64,000 bases of DNA from Eledone cirrhosa (GCA_964016885.1 OZ024741.1:322710001-322774000); one strand, 5' to 3'. Shown: positions 27,361 to 41,063, counted from the first letter of the stretch. Program-made: numbers and translations. Notes: generated by a model not told the origin, from the sequence alone.

Positions 27361-28102
27361 CTGTCTGCCCACCAAAATCCTTGTCTATATTTATTACGAG
27401 AGTTCATCTTTCCACATTTCTCAATGTTTTCTCTCTCAAATTTACATTCCTTCTGAAAAGATGTCCTATTGTTTATAATATTTGTCTATGAAACAACTAC
27501 AACAACAACAACAACAATCATCACCAACAACCATCATCAATAACATCAACAACAGATAAGCATCACTAAAACCACACTCACCACCACCACCACCACAACC
27601 ATTCCACCCAACTACCACAACCACCTCACACAACCCCCCCCCCCCCCCCCCCCACCACAACCACCACCACACAACCACCACCACCACCCCAACCAATCAC
27701 CATCACCACTACCACCACCACCACCACCACCACCACCCCAACCAACCAATCACCACCACCACCACCACCACACAACCACCACCACCACCACCACCACACA
27801 ACCACCACCACCACCACACCACCACCACCACCACTACCACACAACCAACACCACAACCACCACACCACCACTACCACACAACCACCACCACACAACCACC
27901 ATCATTGTAGGAACCTCTTCCACTACCCACTTGTTTATAAATGAATTGTTTTCAAATATCTCAGAACTAAAACAAATATAAACAGTAAAAAAAAGTAATG
28001 TACTTGTATTCTGCATTCAGTCGAGGAGAAAAGATAAATTAATTTAAATAAATCTCACCTCCATCTGTTCTAAAAACAGTTTACAAAAAAAAAAAAATAA
28101 TG

Positions 28103-28598
28103 ATAATTGTTCTACTTTTGGCACAATGCCAGCAAATTACCCAGTACATTACTGGTACTTTATTTTATCGACCCCGTAAGGATGAAAGGCAAAGTTGACC
28201 TCGGCGGGATTTGAACTCAGAATGGAAAGGGCCGAAACTCTATGCGTCAAAGCATGACGTCCGACCCTCTACCGATGATAAAGAGACAATAAATAAATAA
28301 TTGTTTCTACTTTAGGCACAAGGCCAGCAATTACACAGTACATTACTGGTACTTTATTTTATTAAATAAATAATAATTGTTGTTTCTACATTTGGCACAA
28401 GGCCAGCAATTTGGAGGGAAGAGCAAAGTCGATTAAAACGACCCCAGTGCGTTACTGGTACTTCCCTGTTATCCTCCCTGTAAGGATGAAAGGTAAAGCT
28501 AACTTCGGCGGAATTTGAACTCAGAACGTAAAGGGCCGCAACTATATGCCACAAACTATGTTGTCCGACGCTCTACATATACAGCTAATCTACCGCTA
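28103..28598 (-). mobile_element. Cluster of three ATT-tailed SINE copies or fragments
   Basis: Reverse complements of the SINE at ~28105-28275, 28298-28355 and 28380-28598. Confidence 0.88.
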
Positions 28599-28609
28599 TT
28601 AAATAAATA

Positions 28610-30378
28610 AATGATTCTTTCTTTATTGGTCCCTTAGGCCGCAAAACAAAGGACATTACAAATGAACAAGACAAGAGCAGTGTGGATATACATATAATTA
28701 ATCGTATAAAGAAAGAAAACAGGTAACAAAATAACAATAAATTAAAATAACAGAATTCCCCCAATGGGGAAGAGAATCATTCAGGAGTAATTTAGAAAGC
28801 CCATTGATCTGAAACCACCACAATCACCAAGAGAACGATAGGAATGTCCCCCACCCACCCGCTCTTCTCTCAACTTCCCAGCCGACAGGAAAATATGTGC
28901 GAAGACTTATACGTCGGAAATTCTGGCCACCAAATCATTATATAGTGACCTGAGGTCATAGAGCAGGTGGTCCTGTTTCCAAGATGACCCCCAGGTCATG
29001 TGCATTTACATCGCCTAAGCTGAGTAACACCATGTTTGAAGAAGAGAAGGAAAAGTAAGGATCACTAACCTCGTTTGTGTGGAGAAAGGACGACTGTATC
29101 CTCTGTTTCCACGGTTAAGTCGGGATAAATTTTCATTGTGATGGACCCTCGGAAGATAATTCATTTTTAATTTTGTGTAGGTGTTTTATTCAAATTGTAT
29201 TTTGTATATTTGGGGGTAGTATGTTTTTTGTGTGTGTATGGGGGGGAGGTCTTACTAGTGTTGGTGGTGGACTTTGGAAGTGGTGAAGAACCATGTCAGG
29301 TCGTCGAGGTAGGCACTAAAGCCCATCTCGTGATCTGGCCCATCACTGTCTCCGAACAGTTGATTGAAGTGCCGCCGAAGAGCAGCACACATCTGCTCGA
29401 GATTGAGTAACATGTGCCCGTTGTGGTCCGCCAAAGACCGGATTGTGGATTTATTTCATCGACGCGCCTCTGCCACTCGGACTAATTGAACGGCTTTCGT
29501 CCCCTAGTGTCTAAGAGCCCACACCCTAGCTCTGATAACGCACCCTTCGTGCTGTGCGTTGAAGAATTGGTTGAGAGCCAATCTCACCGCAAGCACGTCC
29601 TTTGCGTTGCCTTTCATAAAAATTCTCTTCTAGCTTTCTAACTAGACCACTTTCTAATTTAGTTTTTTTTCTATTACTATTCCTTTACTAAACCTTATTG
29701 GTTTTACTCTAATTGCCCATTTAAGGGCAAATTACTACTTGTTGCTGACAATTGTTTCCATAACCGGCCGCTTAACTAATTCATTAATCCTGTCTTTGTA
29801 GGCCATGCGTGCCAAAAAGGACGTGTTCTGCTCTAGTAATACAGTTTATGAAGCCTATCTTAGTTGACTGTACAGATCACAAATTTGTGGTCAGTGTAGT
29901 TAACTATTTTGAAATGTGGACAGCTTATGCTAACCTTATCTACTTCCTTACAAAATATCCTATCTAGATACGACTGGATGAACCGGTGTGTATTGTCCCT
30001 GTCCACATTGGCACATTCGGGAAATCCAGTCGGTACCTGTCAGACAATTGGAAACGCCTGAAAAGGTTTGCGAGACTTTTACACCCACCGCTTATCTGCT
30101 AGCCCCATATAGTTCCAGCGTACGTCTAAGATACCGTTCCGGTCACCCACTAACACTAAAGGGTGGGACGTTCCTAGAAAGGTCTCAAGGTGCCTGAAGA
30201 AATCAGTCCGTCCTGCCCCCGTTGGGGCATAGACAGCCACCAACCTGAAAGAATAGTATTCACTGCTGGTCACGTCCTGCACCACTAACATACCTTCTGG
30301 GTCCAGGAAGATGGTCCGTATCGTGAGATCCAAGCATTTCCGTAACAACACAGCGATTCCGCCTCCAGATCCCGGGTG
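28610..30378 (-). mobile_element. Rearranged, decayed Tx1 fragments (3' UTR, ORF1/ORF2 junction, APE region)
   Basis: ORF 30079-30411 contains GGIAVLL..FRLVAVYAPTG..VLVGD. Homology to 4070-5130 and 5230-5400; the 3' end has the AATAAAGAAAG motif. Confidence 0.85.
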
Positions 30379-30389
30379 TATAATAATAA

Positions 30390-30933
30390 TAATTGTTTCT
30401 ACTTTAGGCACAAGGCCAGCAAATACCCAGTGTATTACTGGTACTTTATTTTATCGACCCCATAAGGATGAAAGGCAAAGTTAACCTCGGCGGGATTTGA
30501 ACTCAGAATGGCAAGGGCCGTAACTCTATGCGTTAAAGCATGGCGTCCGACCCTCTACCGATACTGCCAATCCACCGGGCGTATAATAATAATTGTTTCT
30601 ACTTTAGGCACAAGGCCAGTAATTTTGGGGGAGGGGAAAGTTGATTAAATCGACACCAGTGAGTTACTGGTACTTTATTTTATCGATCTCGTAAGGATGA
30701 AAGGCAAAGTTAACCTCGGCGGATTTGAACTCAGAATGCAAAGGGCCATAACTCTATGCTGCAAAGCATGGTGTCTGACGCTGTACCGATACTGCCAAAC
30801 CACCATAATAATAATAATAATTCTTTCTACTTTTGGCACAAGACCAGCAATTACCCAGTGCATTACTGGTACTTTATTTTATCGACCCCGTAAGGATGAA
30901 AGGCAAAGTTAACCTCGGCCGGATTTGAACTCA
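30390..30933 (-). mobile_element. Three tandem ATT-tailed SINEs separated by (AAT)n
   Basis: Copies at ~30390-30577, 30590-30803 and 30820-30933. Confidence 0.9.
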
Positions 30934-31519
30934 ATAATAATAATAATAATAATGATTAAAAAATAATAATTTCCTTATTGGCCTCAATAATAATTATTTC
31001 TCACAATGTCACAAGTTCAGCAATTTTAAGGCAAGGGAAGTCGATCGACCTAGTAATTGACTTAGAATGAAAGGCAATGACAGGTAAAATTAACCCATCA
31101 GGACGATAATGAAAATGATGATGATGATGAGGAGGAGCAGGATGATGATGATATGATGGTGAAGATCAGGATTTCTGACACAGTAATAAGGACTCAAATT
31201 TTGAAGGTAGAGCCTAGTCCAAAATTCGGCTTCGGTGATTGACTAGCGCATTATTCTATCGAACTACCCACCCACAAAGTATAAAAGGCAAAGACGACAG
31301 GGCTTTCAAGAGAGTAATGTTTTATCCTAATTGTTATTTCTGTTTACAGCAAAGTACGAAACGTTATAAACATATTTCATTTGCTACTTCAGAATGTTTA
31401 TAATTGTAATTTTTAGGTGGATTACTTCCTAAGAAGTTATTGACCTGGGGATGGGGGTATACTATCTGCCTAACTCGTAGGCCAGTTACTTAGACCAGGC
31501 TGCTGGGGAAAGGATATAG

Positions 31520-31713
31520 CAGACCTGTCATCTCCCCTCGTCCGACGGGGAGATCTCCCACCCATTTTGGCGGGAGGAGAGATGTCTTCTCTCGTGAAAA
31601 TGGATATAGCTTTCATTATGTAAAATCGCCCCATTTTCCCTCATTTCTCCCCGTTTTGGGGCACTTTTTTTCATGGCACTCCCCATTTGGGTATGTAGAG
31701 GCTGGCAGATTTG
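31520..31713. mobile_element. MITE, CAGACCTGTCAAC family
   Basis: Imperfect TIRs; homologous to 34634-34813. Confidence 0.75.
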
Positions 31714-32590
31714 GAATAGTATCTGCCAGTGGGAACGCCTGCTAGAAGCGACGCCGCTGTTTCGGTGACAGGAGGCAGGGTTTGAACTCAGAACGGGCAG
31801 AGCTGGAAGAGACACCGAAAGACATCCCGCCTGACTCTTTAACAATTCCAGCGATGCGCCGCCCACTGGCAGGTGGTACTTCTTTTATCAACTCTGTAAT
31901 GGATGACAGGCAAAGTTACTCTTAGCGGGATTTGAACTCAGAACATTTAATCCGACTCCTTATCCACTCTGTCATTTCGTCACCTTCAGTTAATCACTAA
32001 ATAAGTTCGTTTATGGGCTCTTAACTATTGGTGAATTCTTAGGGTGCAGTATATATAACCTGGCAGAACCCATCCTTCTACATATCTGATCACAACTAAA
32101 TTCTTCTTCTTCTTCTTCTTCTTCTTCTTCTTCTTCTTCTTCTTCTTCTTCTAGAAGAAATGAGAAAGAGAAGAATCCCCCCAGTACTTGTCTGATACTT
32201 TATCTATCGATCTCCTCTACGAGATTTGAATTAAAAACTTGGAGCACTTGGCCGCCTACAATTAAATAAGTGTAAATAAGTTTATTCAAGACTCCCATAA
32301 ATTTGACCTTCTACCGCCCCCATAATTCTTAGAATAACAAACAACTCCTCCGTTTGTCGGGCAAATTTGAAAAAAAAAAAAAAAAGCATTAAGTTATGTA
32401 AATAAGGCCGATATAAAATTAATTATAAAATTAATTATTAAAAAATACAAAACAAAAAATGAAATCAAAACATTACGTAATTGCTTCTTCGTTGAGAGGT
32501 ATTGTTAAAAGTTACATAAGCGCGGCCAATTCACACACAGGCATATCTGTATACACACACATACATAACTGCGACCAGTACATATACATG

Positions 32591-32640
<50 letters not shown>

Positions 32641-32818
32641 ACACATATGCATATATATATATATAGGAAAACGTATGACCCTGACTCTACTACCCTACGT
32701 ATTGAGTACTTTGGTGCGTTACGGTCCATCTGGTTCCTTACCCCAATTCCTTCGTTATATACATATATATATATATATACATATATACATAGCATATATG
32801 CATACACACACACACACA

Positions 32819-32924
<106 letters not shown>

Positions 32925-33935
32925 CATATATATATATATGTGTGTGTCTGTCTTTTGCAAGCCATTCCACTATAATACTATCCTCTTGATTCACGTCAAT
33001 GATGTCTTTGTCATAACAAACATCCTAGATACAGGATATCCTTTTAAGTAAAAGAAGCACCACAAACTATAGGCAGATCTGTGCTATGTAATAGATAAAC
33101 AACTCTGTTGGGGATTCCTTCAACCTTTCAACAGTATCTTAAACATTTTAGATTCCTTTCTTGCTTTTCTAGCATCATTTAAGACTGTTTCAATTGCATC
33201 TTAACTGCTTGCCTATCTGTTTGTATTCTTCTTCTTCTTCTTCTTCTTCTTCTTCTTCTTCTTCTTCTTCTTCTTCTTCATGATGATGATGATGATGATG
33301 ATGATGATCATCATCATCATCAACGTCGTCGTCATCTTCTTCTTCTCCTCCTCCTCCTACTCCTCCTCCTCCTCTCCTCCTCCTCCTACTCCTCTTCCTT
33401 CTTCTTCTTCTTCTTCTTCTTCTGCTAGACATCGATCTCTTATGTTGCAATATTGTAAATATCACTACTGTAGATCTTCAAACATTCAATATTTTCTTGG
33501 TCGCTGTATAACAAATATCTCAACACATAAAAACCTCAACCCATTCTCTAAAACGAAATAGCAATGTATTTAGTACCAAAAATACATAAAAGCACACACA
33601 CATAGACTGTTTCATTTCAACTGATTCTGCTTTTATTTGAATGTTTCTGTAAGTACTTGACTTGGTCTTTTGTAAGTTATTCCATGGCTGTAGATAGGAC
33701 AACAGATGTGTTTGTCAAATGTAGTGAATAGAATCAAACGACGTTTTGTAATCAAGTCATACTGGCATATTTTACTTCAAACAATACACCCACATCATTA
33801 GCTATTATATTTAAAGTATTCGGTACATACACATGCTCATTTCTTTCCCACTACATTCTCATAAGTCACTAAGTTCGTTGGGTTCGCGATGATCTTTGAA
33901 AAAATTCAAGTTAGACGGTGATGTGTTGTCTAAAA

Positions 33936-34585
33936 CAAAGGTTCTCAACGGGGGGCATATGCACCCCCGGGGGGCGTTTCGGAAATCCAGGGGGGCATTT
34001 GGGAGCAAGATCGCGTTGGTAAGTTTTATAAGCCATATTTGTTTGTCTTTGAGACAGCCAGTGTTAATGCATTTGAATGAGCTTGCAGACAGCATAACTA
34101 TAGCCTGACTGCAGCTGTGAGCAGGTGTGCAGGCATGTCCGGTAATTGAGACGTTAACCGGTAATTGAGATCCTAAAAATGGAAAAACCCACAGTCAACT
34201 GGGTCAAAGACACTTTGAGCGCAGCCAGTTAGAATCTTATCTTTCCTTCACCGATAACAATGCATTTCATGTCTGAAATTATTGACTCAACCGTAACGAG
34301 TTAACACTATGTAGATCAATTTTATTCCCTATTGTATAAATAATATTACAAATAAAAATAGAAAAGAAAAAAAACAGAAGCGAGTAGAACACACAACTAG
34401 GACCACATACAACACATAATCAGATAATACACACATCTTTGGAATATTGTTAATCAATTTTTTAGTAATCTACTGATATAAAAATCAGTAGTATATTGAA
34501 AAATGGAAAAATAGGGGGGGGGGAGCGTTTCGTGATTTCGAGGGACAAAAGAGGGCGTTTGGCCTAAATGGGATGAGAACCTGTG
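33936..34585. mobile_element. Non-autonomous hAT (Charlie-like) element
   Basis: TIRs CAAAGGTTCTCA/TGAGAACCTGTG and a perfect 8-bp TSD GTCTAAAA (33928-33935, 34586-34593). Confidence 0.88.
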
Positions 34586-34633
34586 GTCTAAAACATATAC
34601 ACAATGCTTAGGCATATTTCCGAGTTGTATTTG

Positions 34634-34813
34634 CAGACCTGTCAACTCTCCCCCATCCGACGGGGAGATCTCCCACCCACTTTGAGGTGGATGAGAGATG
34701 TCTTCGCTTGTGGAAATGGGTATAGCTTTCAATATGTAAAATCTCCCCATTTTGCCTCATTTCTCCCTGTTTTAGGGCACGTTTGTCATGGTTTTTAGAG
34801 GTTGGCAGATCTG
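34634..34813. mobile_element. 180-bp MITE with 6-bp TSD
   Basis: TIRs CAGACCTGTCAAC/GTTGGCAGATCTG; TATTTG on both sides. Confidence 0.82.
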
Positions 34814-34819
34814 TATTTG

Positions 34820-35460
34820 CCTAGCAAGTAGTTTAATCTAAGACTGTGTTGAAACTAAAACAACTATATCATGGAAGAGTCATTATAGCCACAGTTGTTT
34901 TAATCTGGAAAGTGACTTGATCTGAGACCGTGTGTTGAAATTATAGCAATTACATCAGGGAAGTGTCATGTTAGGTAACCCACAATAACTCTTGATTTCA
35001 CTCTATTTTTTGGAACAGTGGGCCTGTTTTAACGACTAGGTCGTTAACAGTGCGACAAAAATTTATGAGAAAGGTAAAGTGAAGTTAACATTATTTATGT
35101 TTTGAATTGTTAAATGACTCTTTTGTTTCAACACATGGTCTCACATGAAGTCCCTTCTCAGACATGTACAACTGTGAATACAATGACTCTTCCATGATGT
35201 AATTGCTTTAATCTTAACACGCGATGTCAGAGCAAGTCATTTGCCAGACAAGTATAATTATAGCTAAAATGATTCTTCCACGATTTAATTGGTTTGGTTT
35301 GACCACACAATCTCAGACCAAGTCACTTACCAAACATGTACAACTGTGGCTAAAATGATTATTTTACAATATAATTACTTTAGTTTCAACGCACAGTCTC
35401 AGACTCTCACTTACCAAACATGTACAACTGTGGCTAAAATGATTCTTCCTTGATTTAACT
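34820..35460. repeat. Diverged ~84-bp repeat: about two copies forward, then four to five inverted
   Basis: Recurring AAGTCACTT..CATGTACAACTGTGGCTAAAATGATTCTTCC; its reverse complement occurs at 34830-34970. Confidence 0.75.
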
Positions 35461-35759
35461 GCAACACTCTTATTATTTCCTGAAAAGTCTGTGATTTATC
35501 AGTTGCCATATATTCTTTTATTCTTTTACTGTTTTCAGTCATTGAACTGCGGTCTTGCTGGGAAACCACCTAGAATAATGGATTTTAGTCGATCATACAG
35601 ACTCGAGTACTTGTTTCTGGAAATTACTTTATCGATTTCTACATATCGATTCGGTAATTTATGTTTAGACACAATGGGATACAACTCGCCACAAGTTTAA
35701 GAAACAAAAATACGGCCATACTGTCACGTACACATATATAAACAACAAAGGCGCCTTCC

Positions 35760-35802
<43 letters not shown>

Positions 35803-35805
<3 letters not shown>

Positions 35806-36139
35806 ATAAGAAAATGTGAAGTAGTTTTAGGTGTTAAAGTCCTTTATTGATGAGGCTGTGATACATATTTTAATGACGACCAAGGCCACGAAATTCCGCG
35901 TACCTAGTGCCATGATATCATCAGACATCTTCTTACATAAGGTTACGTTCCGTTCCCTTGTCGTTTGTTTTAACTTGGATTTCCCCGAGAACGTAACCTT
36001 ATTATGTAAGAAGCTGTCTGATGAGAGCATGGCACTGGGTATACGGAATCGTGTGGCGACTGTCGTCATTGAAATATGTATCACAGCCTTATCAATAAAG
36101 AACTTTAACATCTGAAACTACTTCGCATTTTCTTATTCT
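35803..36139. repeat. Fold-back with ~150-bp arms, each carrying a hammerhead
   Basis: Arms 35803-35950 and 35989-36139 with a 38-bp spacer. Confidence 0.93.
36013..36087 (+). ncRNA. Type-I hammerhead with 46-nt stem II region
   Basis: GCTGT-CTGATGA-(46 nt; ATGGC/GTCAT)-GAA-ATATGTAT-C-ACAGC. The minus-strand twin has GAAA>AAAA. Confidence 0.7.
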
Positions 36140-36529
36140 AAATACACTCCGTCATTTCTATGTGGAAAATTTACGTAGAGTGTTTGAATTGAATTGCATC
36201 AATATATATATATATATATATATATATGCGTGGTTGCAAATCGAACTTCTAAAGCCACATAATGACACACGGACATTTTCGTTAAAGCCACACAAGGAGA
36301 CTCGGATATTCATACTAAAGACACACAATAACACGGGCATCTTAGTTAAAGTCACACAAAAATGATTTGTATTTTTTAAGTATCTGTGAAATGACACTTC
36401 GAAAAATTGTTTTCAATCTATACAAAAATTAAAAAAAGATTTACACGTTTAAAAGTTACTTGTAAATGTAGACACGACAACATTCGATTCGAGATAAGTG
36501 CTAAACGAAAAATATTCTTTTTAATATTG

Positions 36530-36923
36530 GCTCGAAACCAGCCATTTGGGGCAAGTGGAAAGTCGATTATATCAACCCCAGTACTTAATTGGTACTTTAT
36601 TATATCAACTCCGGAAGGACGAAAGACAAAGTTCACCTCGATGGGATTGAACTGAGAACGTGGAAAGTCAAAAGGAAATACTGAAAAGCATTTGGTCTGA
36701 CTAACTGACGATTCGACCATAATACCAATGATTTCTGATTTAGGCACAAAGCCAACAATTTTGGGGGAGGGGAAAGTCAATTAAATCGACCCAGTGCATT
36801 ACTGGTACTTTATTTTATCGACGCCTCGGCGGAATTTGAACTCAGAATGTAAAGAGAGGGCCGTAATTTTATGTTGTTAAGCATGTTGTCTGACGCTCTA
36901 CCGATTCTGCCAATCCATCGCCC
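36530..36923 (-). mobile_element. Two older ATT-tailed SINE copies
   Basis: Diverged reverse complements of the SINE consensus. Confidence 0.8.
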
Positions 36924-36949
36924 TCGATTCTACCATAATACAAATGAAA

Positions 36950-37610
36950 ACGGTTTCTTTTATTTGCCACAAATACATCGGATGGAGAAGACATTACAAA
37001 GATAAGATACAACATGAGGGTAAAGCTTTACATATAAATGAAAAGAAATAGAACAAAATAGTTAACAAGTGTACAAAATATACAAAGTAGGTATACATAA
37101 TCAAATAAGGTATTCGTTCCTCTTGGGACAGAAACCTGAATAACCGAAAACTAATTGATGAACTCCACAGAACTACAATCACCATGTCCACCATAATGGA
37201 GTGTCCCACATGACATTGTCTGACCTGCAGACACACGTTGAAAGTTGATTTATTCAGTCAATCCATTTTCACTATTTTCACCCACCTTTTGGTTGATATT
37301 AATAATAATTCTTTCTTTATTGGCCATTAGGGTCGAAACACAATGGACAATATAACTTGATAAGGACAGTGGGAATTTATACATAATCAAGCGTGTACAC
37401 AAAGAAAACAGGTAATAAAATATCTATAAATTTAGGACAACTGTGTTCTCCAGCAGGGGCAGAACCACTCAAACATAATTTAGAACCTCTTCCGATCCCA
37501 AATCACCCTGATCGCCAAGAGATTCATTGAAAAGTGCCCGCTCCTTTTTGAACTCTCCAGCCTACATGCTTCAAATAGGTCCATCCACGTAGGTCATCCT
37601 CACTACCGAC
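36950..37610 (-). mobile_element. Two decayed Tx1 3' ends
   Basis: TTTCTTTATTTGCCAC at ~36955, and AATAATAATTCTTTCTTTATTGGCC at ~37301, which resembles 28610. Confidence 0.6.
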
Positions 37611-38539
37611 ATACTGACGTCAGTGTAACACTGAAAACTGCGTAGTTCGTTGGATTAATTGTATCTGGGTTTCAGTTTCCGTCTACACATTCCAACTAAC
37701 AAAGCTTGGGTCGACACGAGGATATGGTAAAAGAAATTCGCCCAGTAAACAACACGGTAATTTTATACCGAGTTTCTCAAAGTTTGCGAAGCCAGCTCCT
37801 TAACTAGATGGCCATGTCTATATCCAGTACTTTACCTAATGATCAATTAAATTAAGTATACACTTTTGTAAAAAAAATTCATACACTGCGCCGATGAAAT
37901 AAATATTATTTCACACAGAGCTTGCCACCCATAAATATTTAATATGAGGGATCATCTACGCATTCACTAGATCTACAAAAAATAGTAACCACATTCGGCT
38001 CAAACCATACACTACCATATTTAAAGAAGATGGATATATTAGATAATATATTACTAGATACATTGTATGAAAATAGAATGCGATGATCACAGCTGGAATG
38101 CTTTCATGTATACGCTTATTTCGCCAGGGCTAACCTGGGGCTAAACAACAATATGAAGTATAAATGATTGTCTTTACTTCTTTCTCAGAACCACATTGTT
38201 GTGGGTTACTCTCACCCACACTAGATAGTTTTAACTCTGAACAAAACAAATAAACTACAGTTATTAAATCTTCACCACCGCTGGCAATCTCAATATATTT
38301 CGTTTTAGTAAATCTCGTTATCACGGCTTAAGAAACATTAAAAATGAAAAACCACATTCATCTTTGTCCAAATGGATGATAAAGCGTTGAAGTGTAGAAT
38401 ATTAAACATTTTACATTAGAAATATTTGTTTGGGAAACGAAAGTTATACTTGAATAAAATCAATTTTTTTTTTATTAGACTACATTAGTGAATTTGTAGA
38501 GTTGTTAGAGCAATCAGATATAATATAGGTGGTGTCACA

Positions 38540-38800
38540 TTGACGTGCGATCTACCTGGCCATTTACACTTTAGCGTGTTGTCTATATTGTCATTTAGTG
38601 TTCAGTGTATAGTCTACATGATTGTTTATACTTAGTAAGCGGTCTACCTGGTCATTTACACTTAACCTGCAGTCTATCTGATTATTTATAGATCAGCGTG
38701 TGGTCTACCTGGTCGTTTATAATTCAGTGTTCTACCTGATCATTTACACTTTAGCGTGTGGTCGACATGGTTATTTACAGTTCAGAGTGCCGTCTACAAA
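38540..38800. repeat. Degenerate ~30-bp tandem repeat (TCTACCTGGTCATTTACAC..)
   Basis: About eight recurring TCTACCTG/ATTTACA motifs. Confidence 0.75.
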
Positions 38801-39680
38801 AAGCTAATCCTAACCCTAAACAGGTGAGGTCATTATAACGTATTGAATATGTATACAGGGGTTGATCAACACTAAAGTAGCACCTTGAATACAAGGTTAT
38901 ATTCCTTCCACGTGCCTACACGTTATTTTACAGTTGTTTCTGCCTTTGAGTTCCTTACACTTCTATGAAATCTATATACACTCAACGTTCCAAATCTATA
39001 ATTCGATAATGTCCGTGATCTCCAGCAGACAACTGAAAAAGGGATTGTCCCTCGCTTGTGCTTTCTTTTTATTTTTAAATACACTTTATCGAGTAACTAC
39101 ACAGCTCCCTACCCTTTCTAGCAGTCTCTCTCTCTGTTAGCCTCCTCCTCAACTTTCACCCACTCATTCTCTGTCACTACCTCTCCTCCTCCTCCTCTTT
39201 CCTCCTCTTTCTTCCCGTTTGACCTGTCCGATTTCTTTTCTCGCGCGTTCTTGGCCAAGCCGGTATGAATTTTTTTTCTCTCTCTCTCTCTCGTCTGCGA
39301 CTTCACAGAACTTATGTTTACCGAATTCGCAGACCAGACCCCTTCTTCTTCCCCCCGTTAGACCTGTGCGAAATTCCTTCCTTGCTCACATTTCAACCAG
39401 GTTTGATGGTCTTTATTCTCTTGTTCACGATTTCATCGAGTTTATATTAATAGAAATCTGGGACTTGTCTCTTTCTTCTCACTTTCTGTTGCTTAAACCA
39501 TTTTGTTTGTTCACCCTAACGTCCCCTTTATTTACGTGTCCCAACGACATTTTTTAGCCGTTGTTCGCACCAACCTGAGGTATATGGCCCTTGAAGTGAT
39601 GAAATGCCGAGGACGGTTGGAGGGCCACTGATGAAGGACTTACTTTTTCATATGTAACCCATTTGCAACGCCGCAGCTCC

Positions 39681-39762
<82 letters not shown>

Positions 39763-41063
39763 TAACTTTCTTTTTATTTGCCACCAGGGCATCAAAAGTG
39801 GGACAAGTACAATGGGGGGAGTTTACATAACAAGGCGTCCTCAATATGGAGGAGGCAATAACAAAGTATAAAAATAAAATACAATATAACAAAATAAATT
39901 TTATAACAAAATCCTCCATAGGGAGGAGGCGCCTTAGGGGGTCGCACACACTCCCGAAAAAAAAGTGTGCAACCCTTCTCCTCAGGAGCACAGAGAGGGA
40001 GTGCTCCCTTGATCTTTCCTCTTCCTCACCTATAGTCTGATGTAGAGTGAAGACCCATTCACACGGGCCATTCTCGCCACTTTCACCCATCTTTCATAAA
40101 AACGGCTGGGGTGCAGCACCTCTCTCTCCATCCTGATCCTTCTTCCGAAATGATATCGGAAGAAACAGACCAGTTGTTGGCCAGAGAGAAAGGTGTCTGA
40201 CCTCAGTCCTTTCAGACGCGTCCACCATACCACCTCTTTCGCCATGGCTATTACGCACAGAAACACCGCCTCTCCTTCGTTTTTGAAGAGGGGGGGGGCT
40301 TGATCGTTACAATAGACTCGGTGGTTAACCTGATCGGTCCCACCCTTGACAGCAGTTGTTCGACATAGCCCCACAGATCGGCAATGCCCGAGCAGTGTAC
40401 CAATGCGTGTGCAACGGTTTCCTCGTCGCACACGCATCTGAGACAGATCTTTTATGAGGGGTCCCTACTCGGGAGCCCGTGTCTGTAGAGCCTTTCTCGA
40501 ACGGGCAGAGCCCTTCGGTAGCACTGCCAGGCCAGGGACCTCTGGAAGTTATCCATGGGTCCCTGGCTGAATGTCCTACCGAACAGGTTGGCCAGTTCGT
40601 CTTCCTCCATGCCTAGGGCTTCTCTGAGGGCGTCGTCGCACCTGCTAACCACCGGCCCTCTATAGAATGACGAGGTGGATTCTCCACTGGCAGCCGGGTC
40701 CGCCTGCCAGAGAGCCGTGAGCGCCTGGGCACACTCGGTGTGCCAGGCGCCCAGTTTTCTCGGTCATTGCTTGACCCAGGATTGCAGCTCGGTGAGTGAG
40801 ACGAGTCTGGGAAAGGCTCGCCTCACAAACGGGGCCCACACCGGTTGACCGGTGAGGAATACCTGGAGATGCCGTAGCCTTAATGCGTGTTTACGTATCA
40901 TTAGCCACGGCATCCCCAGCCCTCCTTTCGAAGGGTGTTGAGAGCAGATGGATCTCCTCACCATAAAAGCCTGCTTCTTCCAGAGGAATTGGAAGAGTGC
41001 GCGCTCCATTTTGGCGAGCGTTTCCCTTGGGCAAGGCACAACGGTCAGGCGGTAGTAGATGAC
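39763..41063 (-). mobile_element. 5'-truncated Tx1 of a distinct lineage, flanked by (GA)n on both sides
   Basis: ORF2 C-terminal fragments (GGLGMPWL, GPMDNFQRSLAWQ, EETVAHALVHC); (GA)n at 39739-39762 and 41064-41149. Confidence 0.92.

Noticed and set aside
28040-28085. 11-nt minus-strand micro-exon (tttttag|AACAGATGGAG|gtgaga)
   Set aside because: Splice-like signals alone are expected by chance, and no other exons are supported.
32950-33860. Decayed coding sequence on the minus strand
   Set aside because: Frames are broken and no motif could be assigned confidently; needs BLASTx.
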